Below are positions 54,608 through 64,000 of a stretch of DNA of 64,000 nucleotides, piece after piece (the first letter of the stretch is position 1; each line of letters opens with the position of its first letter). Origin of the DNA: Eimeria praecox. Its lineage: Eukaryota. Position numbers and translations under genes: made by a program. The stretch spans positions 620,001 to 684,000 of the forward strand of contig OY986948.1 in NCBI GenBank assembly GCA_963920595.1, given 5' to 3'. The notes below the pieces were generated by a model. It saw only the letters and a list, made by a program, of their open reading frames with translations, was not told the DNA's origin and searched no databases.

Positions 54608-56582
54608 TTCAAGCATGTAAACTCCTTTGCTCTGTTTAAAATACAAACAACGAAATAAACAAACAGAGACACAATAAAACACAACAACAACAGCAGCAGC
54701 ACAACCATCAGCAGCAGCAGCAGCAGCACAACCATCAGCAGCAGCAGCAACACAACCATCAACAGCAGCAGCAACACACAACCATCATCATCATCATCAT
54801 CATAAGGACTACCCGCTATCTCCCTCTGTTCTGTCTCCTTCCTTACGATTTCTGGTGTAAGATGAGAAGGATGATGACAGAGGAGACAGTTCTGTTCGAG
54901 GAGACACCTCTTCCCTGCTGTTAGATTTCTACAGGCTGTACATACACCCTTCTCGTGCTTCTTCAACATCCAACGATGAGCCTCAGCTAACTGCGGGTTT
55001 AAAAACACTATCTCCTATAAACAAATAAAATAGAAAGGAGACAGTTAGATTAGAGTGAGAGGAGACAGTTAGATTAGAATTAGAGGAGACAGTTAGATTA
55101 GAATTAGAGGAGACAGTTAGATAAGAATAGGAGGAGACACTTCAAACACTATCTCCTATAAACAAATAAAACAGAAAGGAGACAGTTAGATTAGAGTGAG
55201 AGGAGACAGTTAGATTAGAGTGAGAGGAGACAGTTAGATTAGAGTGAGAGGAGACAGTTAGATTAGAATTAGAGGAGACAGTTAGATTAGAATGAGAGGA
55301 GACAGTTAGATTAGAATTAGAGGAGACAGTTAGATTAGAATGAGAGGAGACAGTTAGATTAGAATAAGAGGAGACAGTTAGATAAGAATAAGAGGAGACA
55401 GTTAGATTAGAGTAAGAGGAGACAGTTAGATTAGAATAAGAGGAGACAGTTAGATTAGAGTGAGAGGAGACAGTTAGATAAGAATAGGAGGAGACAGTTC
55501 AAACACTATCTCCTATAAGAACGACATAAAGGAGACAGTTAGATTAGAATAAGGGGAGACAGTTAGATTAGAATAAGAGGAGACAGTTAGATTAGAATAA
55601 GAGGAGACAGTTAGATTGGAATAAGAGGAGACAGTTAGATTAGAATAAGAGGAGACAGTTTAATTATAATAAGAGGAGACAGTTAGATTAGAATAAGAGG
55701 AGACAGTTCAAAGGAGACAGAGAACAAAAGACAGACAGAAAATAAGGAGACAGATTAAATAATAAGCCATAGGAGATACTTCCAAGGAGACAGATGACAG
55801 ATGATAAAGAGACAGAAGATAAGGAGACAGATGATAAGGAGACAGATAGATATAGATATAGATATACATATATAGATATAGATATAGATATAGATATAGA
55901 TATAGATATATAGATATAGATATATAGATATAGATATATAGATATAGATATAGATATAGATATATAGATATATAGATATATAGATAGACACACAAGGAGA
56001 CAGATCTATCACGTATGAAAGGAGACAGACACACAAAGGCTACACACTACATATAATAAACACAAATAAATAAATAATATTTAAATAAATAAACAAATAA
56101 ACGAATAAATAAATAAAAGACAGAAGATCAAGTATTAAAAAAGACAACAAACAAATAAACGAACGAGCGAACAAACAAAATAAAATAAAATAAATAAAAT
56201 AAACAACAAATAAAAAATATAAAAAATATAAAAAATAAACAAACACAAAATAACAAAACTCGAAAAACAAACAAATATACAAAATATAAAAAATGTAAAA
56301 TAAATAAATAAAAATAAATAAATAAATAAAAATAAAATAAATAAATAAAATAATATAATATATTATCCCAACACAAAATATAAAAACAATACATAAAAAT
56401 AAAATAAATAAATAAAAATAATAAAATATATTATCCTAACACACACATACCCCCTCTTCTCCTACAAGACCTAGCCTCGGTTTACTGTCTCCTTTCTTCC
56501 CCTCTTCATCGTCTCCTTCTTCAGAAGCTAACAAATCCACAGCCTAATTATACACAAACAAACAACAAACACACAAACAATA

Positions 56583-56633
<51 letters not shown>

Positions 56634-57027
56634 AGCAGCAGAGGTCGGTCTTAGACTCCTCCTGTCCCTCCCTCTTTCTCTCTCTAAACCCACAACCCCC
56701 CAACCCCCCACCGCACCCCACAACCCCCCAACCCCCCACAACCCCCACCTTCCCCCACCCCCCCACAACCCCCACCCCACAACCCCCCAACCCCTTCCCC
56801 CCCCCCAAACATCCTACATTATTATTATGTATAGATGTCGGCATAAAGGGCCTATGGTCTTCATGATGGCACTGTAGACAAACTAACTGTCTCTTCTCCG
56901 CTTTACAAGACGCATCAAGAGCAAAGAAGGGTTTACAAGGTTGACACCAACCACGACGATGGCGTTCTAAGGCGTACTCTAATTGCTGCTCACGACTCTC
57001 TAACTTCTTCGACTGAAATAAATAACA

Positions 57028-57058
<31 letters not shown>

Positions 57059-57155
57059 CTATATATATCTATATATTTATATATTTATACAGTTATATAG
57101 ATATACAGATATATAGTTATATAGATATAGAGATAGAGATATAATGGAGAAATAT

Positions 57156-57188
<33 letters not shown>

Positions 57189-57288
57189 TATATGTGTATA
57201 TATATATATATATACATCCATATATATAGATATAGATATAACTATATATTCACAAGCAGATATACAGAGAAAGATATAGAAATACAAA

Positions 57289-57331
<43 letters not shown>

Positions 57332-57706
57332 GTAGATATAGGAAGTATAAATATATAAATATAAACGCAGGTAAATATAAATAAACATAAATAATTAACT
57401 ACAATTGTTTTATTCTACAAACATGCAAACTGACACCATATGTGCTGCTGCTGCTGCAGCACACGACCACAGACAGCCCAGACAGCAACAGCAGCAGCAG
57501 CAACAGCAAGACTAGCAGCAGCAGCAGCAGACTAGCAGCAACAGCAACACTAGCAGCAGCAACAGCAACACTAGCAGCAGCAAGAGCAGCAGCAACAGCA
57601 CCAGCAAGAGCAGCAGCAACAGCACCAGCAAGAGCAGCAGCACTAGCATCAGCATCTGTGCATGTAGTGTTTGTATCTAACTTTATCTTTTTTAATATTT
57701 TGTATA

Positions 57707-57743
<37 letters not shown>

Positions 57744-57890
57744 CTTGATTAGGAAGATGCGATCTGTCATGACAGAAGGGGCAGTCTCTCTCCTTCTTGC
57801 ATATCCCCTTAATAAAATCTAAACATACAAGACAGGTCCCTGCTGTATGTTGTCTTGCTACTTGTTGTTCTAACGATGTTGCTGCTGGCT

Positions 57891-57949
<59 letters not shown>

Positions 57950-57996
57950 TCTGATGATGCTGTTGGGGCTCCTGCTGCTGTTGTTGATGATGATGA

Positions 57997-58053
<57 letters not shown>

Positions 58054-58203
58054 ATCGGAGTTGCGTTCCTGATTCTGAGAGTCTGCTGCTGCAGCAGCAG
58101 CAGCAGCAGCAGCAGCAGCTTCTGGGGCTGCTGCAGCAGCAGATCCGGGTTGCTGCTGCTCTTGCTGCTCAGAAGCAGATACAGCGCGGGGGCTGCTGTC
58201 GTC

Positions 58204-58235
<32 letters not shown>

Positions 58236-58542
58236 GTTCCTTCTCCCCCATCGCGCTTCTTGCTTCTTTTGCTGCTGCTGCAGCAACAGCAGCTTCTACT
58301 GCTTCAGCTTCTTCTGCTGTCACCTGCAGCAGCAGCAGCAACAGCAGCAACAGCAGCAACAGCAGCAGCAGATAGACGGAGGGAGAGAGAGAGAGAGACA
58401 AAGGAGACAGACAGACAGAAACGAAGGAGACAGTAAACAATAAAAAGGAGACAGTTAATATTATATGTTATTAATATTAAATATTATTAATATTTAATAT
58501 TAAATATTAAATATAATTATTATCAAAAGGAGACAGGAGACA

Positions 58543-58618
<76 letters not shown>

Positions 58619-60651
58619 GAGACAGACAGACAAGAAAGGAGACAGATAGATAATAAACAGATAGATAATAAAGGAGACAGTTACGAGACAGATGGATAAT
58701 AGAGGAGACAGACAAATAACAAAGGAGACAGATAAACAACAAAGGAGACAGATAAACAACAAAGGAGACAGATAAACAACAAAGGAGACAGATAGATAAT
58801 AGAGGAGACAGACACACAACAAAGGAGACAGATAGATAACAAAGGAGACAGATAGATAATAGAGGAGACAGATAAACAACAAAGGAGACAGATAAACCAC
58901 AAAGGAGACAGATAAACAACAAAGGAGACAGATAGATAATAGAGGAGACAGATAAACAACAAAGGAGACAGATAAACCACAAAGGAGACAGATAGATAAC
59001 AAAGGAGACAGACACACAACAAAGGAGACAGATAAACAACAAAGGAGACAGATAGATAATAGAGGAGACAGATAAACAACAAAGGAGACAGATAAACCAC
59101 AAAGGAGACAGATAAACAACAAAGGAGACAGATAGATAATAGAGGAGACAGATAAACAACAAAGGAGACAGATAAACCACAAAGGAGACAGATAGATAAC
59201 AAAGGAGACAGACACACAACAAAGGAGACAGATAAACAACAAAGGAGACAGATAGATAATAGAGGAGACAGATAAACAACAAAGGAGACAGATAAACCAC
59301 AAAGGAGACAGATAAACAACAAAGGAGACAGATAGATAATAGAGGAGACAGATAAACAACAAAGGAGACAGATAAACAACAAAGGAGACAGATAGATAAC
59401 AAAGGAGACAGACACACAACAAAGGAGACAGATAAACCACAAAGGAGACAGATAGATAATAGAGGAGACAGATAAACAACAAAGGAGACAGATAAACAAC
59501 AAAGGAGACAGATAGATAATACAGGAGACAGATAGATAATAGAGGAGACAGATAAACAACAAAGGAGACAGATAAACAACAAAGGAGACAGATAAACAAC
59601 AAAGGAGACAGACACACAACAAAGGAGACAGACACACAACAGAGGAGACAGCTAGATAACAAAGGAGACAGCTGTATAACAGAGGAGACAGCTATATAGT
59701 ATAGGAGCCAGGTATAGGTATAAAATAAAAGATAGAGTATATTTGTGTGTACCTGCGTCTGTCTGTAGAACATGGGATCATGCTCTGCATGATGACAGTA
59801 ATGACAGGAGACAGCGAAGCACTTCTGTCCCTTCAGTATTTGTAGACAGGGTCTACATCGTCCCTCATTATGTAGCTGTCGTTGATTCTGAGCTGATATG
59901 CTGCTGCTCCCGCCTCTTCCTCCTCCTCCTCCTCCTCCTCCTCCTGCTGCTGCTGCTGCTGCTCTCCTGTGTCTGCTGCTGCCGCCAGCACCCCACGAAT
60001 TTGAAGGCGTTAGAGAACGAGAAGACAAACGAGATCGACTACGGGATCGACTCCCAAACATCTGTCCCTACACAGCAGCAACAGCAGCAGCAAGAGCAGC
60101 AGCAAGAGCAGCAGCAGCAGCAGCAGCAAGAGCAGCAGCAGCAGCAGCAGCAAGAGCAGCAGCAGCAAGAGCAGCAGCAGCAGCAAGAGCAGCAGCAAGA
60201 GCAGCAACAGCAGCAGAAACAAGAGTAAGATGTGGATACAGAGAGAAGACAATCAAGACACGATGAAGGAGACACACGATGAAGGAGACAGTTGCTGCTA
60301 TGAGGAGACAGACCATTACAACTGAGAGGGAGAGAGACAGAAGAAGGGAGACGCTCAATATAAAACAAACACAAATAAAAATAAATTTAAAAACAAATAC
60401 AAACAATAACAAGATAATAATAATATATAATAATATAACACTATAATAATATAATAATATAATAATAATATAATGATATAATAATAATATAATATAATAA
60501 TATAACAATATAATAATATAATAATATAATAATATAATAATAATATAATATAACAATATAATAATATAATAATATAATAATAATATAGTAATAAAATAAC
60601 ATACTAACATAATAATAACACTAACACTCTACAATAATACTGAAACCCAAA

Positions 60652-60722
<71 letters not shown>

Positions 60723-61093
60723 GACAAGAGCTGACTCTTCTCCCTCCTCCTCCTCTCCACTGTCTGCCTCTATCATATCTGTCTCTTCCTCTTCTATATA
60801 AAGGAGACACATGCTGTCTCCTCCATGATGTGTCTCCCTTTCTATCTGCTGCAGGTGAGATAGATCTCGAGGTATTTCTAAATCCTCTTCTTCTTCTTAT
60901 TCTGTCTCCTCTATCATATCTATCTCTCCCTCTTCTATAACCTCCTCCTCCTCCTGCTGCTCCTGCTCCTGCTGCTGCTGTTGCTGCTGTTGCTGCTGCT
61001 GTATCATAGCAACGAATGCTGCGAGGGGACCGACGATAAGGCCTTGGAGAGATACTTCTAGACACCCGAGCAGCAGGTGCATACACCCCACAG

Positions 61094-61130
<37 letters not shown>

Positions 61131-61264
61131 AGCCAATGAATGGATTGTTGTCGCTAGGATAGATAATAAACGCATCTACTCTCCTATCATACAACAATCT
61201 ACGATGGAGACGAAACTGAGCAGACTCTGCTGCTTCTCTTGAATGCATTACTATACAGGCAAAG

Positions 61265-61299
<35 letters not shown>

Positions 61300-61464
61300 A
61301 TCATCCTGCTGCTCCTGCTGCTGCTGCTGCTGTTCCTCCTCTTCCTCCTTCTGTTTTGTTTGTTGATCCTCTTCGTCTTTATTGTTGCTGTCATCATCTT
61401 GTTGCTGCGATGAGAGATGTGGGGAGTCTTCCTGCTGCTGTTGTTGCTGTTGCTGCTGCTGCTG

Positions 61465-61495
<31 letters not shown>

Positions 61496-62021
61496 GGCAG
61501 CAGCACCTGATCGGGGGAGACCCTAATCCCCGCATCTCTAAGCCAATCTAATATATCTCCTTTGCATACATTACTAGTTAACCCCTCAAGACGAAGACCC
61601 CAAGACCCGAAAGATCTGTCTCTATCTCTGTCTCTATCTCTGTCTCTATCTCTGTCTCTGTCTCTATCTCTGTCTCTATCTCTGTCTCTATCTCTCTCTC
61701 TATCTCTATAACTATCTCTGTCTCTGTCTCTATCTCTATCTCTCTCTCTATCTCTGTCTCTCTCTCTATAACTATCTCTGTCCCTATCTCTGTCTCTGTC
61801 TCTATCTCTGTCTCTCTCCCTATAACTATCTCTATCTCTATCTCTATCTCTGTCTCTATCTCTGTCTCTATCTCTGTCTCTATCTCTGTCTCTATCTCTG
61901 TCTCTATCTCTCCCACCCCAATAACCTCCTCCTCTCTGTCCCCCTCTCTCTATTCTGCTGTCTCTACGATATCGTCTATCTCTGCTGCTGCTGCGTCTAT
62001 ACACCTCACAACCACCACCAC

Positions 62022-62058
<37 letters not shown>

Positions 62059-62284
62059 GGGTCTTATCATGCGGCTCTCTCCCCCATTTAATGCTGTTGA
62101 CTGTCTCCTCGACATACTAACACTGCTACTTCTCTGTCTCCTACTATAATTATAAGAAGGAGACACAAGCCTCTCCCTGCTACTCCATCGACCCCGCTGC
62201 TGCTGCTGCTCTTGCTGCTGCTGCTCTTGCTGCTGCTGCTGCTGCTCATCCTCATCCTCCCCATGTTCCTGATGCTGCTGCTCT

Positions 62285-62322
<38 letters not shown>

Positions 62323-62607
62323 AGGGGGACTGAGCCTCAACTCGCCTTCCTCCTCTCTCCCCCCACCATAGCATCTTCCTTCTTCTATCAATCTTCTGTC
62401 TCTAAACATAGAAGGAGACAAACTATGTTGGCTGTATCTTCTTCTTATACGTTTATTTGCTGCTGCAGCAGGAGCAGGAGCAGCAGCAGCAGCAACATCA
62501 TCATCATCATCAGCAGCAGCAACTGCTGCTGCTGCTGCTGCTTCAGGATTTCCTCTATGACCCTCAGATATCTCCCGCTCTATAGAAAAACCATCCCTCT
62601 TAAACCG

Positions 62608-62662
<55 letters not shown>

Positions 62663-62703
62663 CTGTTGAGCCCCTCGTCTGAGGGGGGGTCTTCAGTGCC
62701 CAT
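51356..62703 (-). CDS. RS/RD-rich RRM plus seven extended CCCH-like zinc fingers, with a Pro/Gly/Gln-rich C-terminus; inferred exons 62703-60736, 60067-59753, 58323-57682, 57012-56818, 56543-56451, 55014-~54810, ~54380-51356
   Basis: Phase-0 joins at most junctions. (RD)n and RS dipeptides; RRM strands LRLEGL and [27 protein letters not shown]; seven copies of H-x4-C-x2-C-x7/9-C-x4/8-C-x2-CH-x3-H. Confidence 0.85.
55030..55715. repeat. 21-bp intronic minisatellite, unit ~GAGGAGACAGTTAGATTAGAA
   Basis: Roughly 28 tandem units interrupted by copies of the neighbouring splice acceptor. Confidence 0.93.
58620..59692. repeat. 20-bp intronic minisatellite, unit ~AAAGGAGACAGATAAACAAC
   Basis: About 50 tandem 20-bp units with recurring variant order. 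Confidence 0.96.
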
Positions 62704-62838
62704 GATTCCTGCTGCTGCTGCTGCTGCTGCTTCTGTTGCTGCTGCAGAAGCTGCTGCTGTTATGAATATTACGATAAGTTTGAGAGCGCTGCTGTCGCAG
62801 CAGCATCAAGATAAAGAGCCTAGCATGCAGCAGCCACA

Positions 62839-62890
<52 letters not shown>

Positions 62891-63020
62891 TCGGGGTGTA
62901 TAGGGAGGTAGTTTATAACAAACAAAATCATAGATTAATAACAAAAAACCGTCAAGGAGATAAAGCTGCTGCTGCTGCTGCAGCAGGAAGAGGTGCGGGA
63001 GCGGGGCTGAGAAGGGGGGA

Positions 63021-63052
<32 letters not shown>

Positions 63053-63336
63053 AGTTGCTGCTGCTGTTCCTGCTGCTGTTGCTGCTGCTGCTACTAAAGC
63101 AACACGGCAAGAGTAAACACCACCCCACAATAAAATTAAATAAACAAGATATATGCAAAACTCAACCGAGCTGCAGCAGCAGCAGCAGCTGCTGCTGCTG
63201 CTGCAGCAGCAGCTGCTGCAGCCACAGCGGCAGCCGCAGAGGCAGCAGCCGCGGCTGCAACAGCAGCAGCAGCAGCTGCTGCTGCTGCCGCCACAGGCGA
63301 GACTGCTGCTGCTGCTGCTGCTGCTGCTGTTTAACT

Positions 63337-63367
<31 letters not shown>

Positions 63368-63553
63368 ATTTTATTATTTAATTTTATTATTACAAATATT
63401 TATAAAGGAGGAAGAATAAAGACACAACAAACAACAGTTATTTGCTGCTGCTGCTGCTGCTGCAGCAGCAGCAGCAGCAGCAGCAGCAACAATCGGTGGC
63501 AGAAGAAGAAACACACCCCCACTACCAGCCCCAACCTTCAGACCAACGTGTTA

Positions 63554-63605
<52 letters not shown>

Positions 63606-63672
63606 TGTCTGGAAGCTTAGGTGATTGTACGCATAAATTTATTATTTTGCTGCTGTCTTCTGTAGCACACGG

Positions 63673-63721
63673 GGGTTTAGGGTTTAGGGTTTAGGGTTTA
63701 GGGTTTAGGGTTTAGGGTTTA
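63673..63721. repeat. Interstitial telomere-like (GGGTTTA)7
   Basis: Perfect heptamer array. Confidence 0.97.
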
Positions 63722-63913
63722 CGTTGGGGGGTGGTTGCTGAAGGGGTGCCTTCTAGCATTGAGCTGCATGTACACCCCATTTGCTGCAGCTGCAGCATCG
63801 GCAGCAGCAGCAGCAGCAGCAACGGCAGCAGCAGCAGCAATAACAACAGCAACAACAACAGCAGCAGCAGGGGGAGAGAGTCCGTATCTCGCGACTGGAG
63901 GCTAACACCTGGA

Positions 63914-63970
63914 GGGTTTAGGGTTTAGGGTTTAGGGTTTAGGGTTTAGGGTTTAGGGTTTAGGGTTTAG
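63914..63970. repeat. Interstitial telomere-like (GGGTTTA)8
   Basis: Perfect heptamer array. Confidence 0.97.
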
Positions 63971-64000
63971 AAGATGGGGATGGAGAAGAGGCCATCAGGG

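Noticed and set aside
58500..59692. Regular 20-bp array as a CRISPR, or the 300-500 aa ORFs across it
   Set aside because: Units are contiguous with no unique spacers, there are no cas genes, and the context is a eukaryotic intron; the ORFs are repeat artefacts.
63673..63970. True chromosome end
   Set aside because: The arrays are short and flanked by unique or CAG sequence on both sides; interstitial heptamers are common in Eimeria.

Overview
Eukaryotic, intron-rich apicomplexan DNA, most likely Eimeria (coccidia), judged from CAG-repeat homopolymeric amino-acid runs, interstitial (GGGTTTA)n heptamers and TGCATGCA octamers. The window crosses from a repeat-poor segment (1 to ~17 kb) into a repeat-rich segment (~18-64 kb). 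Repeat-poor part: the 3' part of a multi-exon PPM/PP2C phosphatase with two metal-site Asp substitutions, a multi-exon GH37 trehalase whose catalytic base Glu reads Asp, and two hypothetical spliced genes. An F-box/WD40-like gene straddles the boundary. A highly decayed Ty3/Gypsy LTR-retrotransposon remnant lies at ~24-26 kb. Repeat-rich part: a repeat-laden gene with possible split AP2-like domains, an intronless histone H2B, a 3-exon Alba3-like gene with an Asn/Thr tail across an assembly gap, and a 7-exon gene encoding RS/RD repeats, an RRM and seven copies of an extended 8-ligand zinc-finger motif. Also present: GGAGACAG-core minisatellites, a 2.2 kb (TATATC)n array and a dispersed palindrome GGTGTAC(A/G)(G/T)ACACC. 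All exon structures were read by eye from splice signals, phase and protein motifs, and family calls come from remembered consensus motifs; no search was run.
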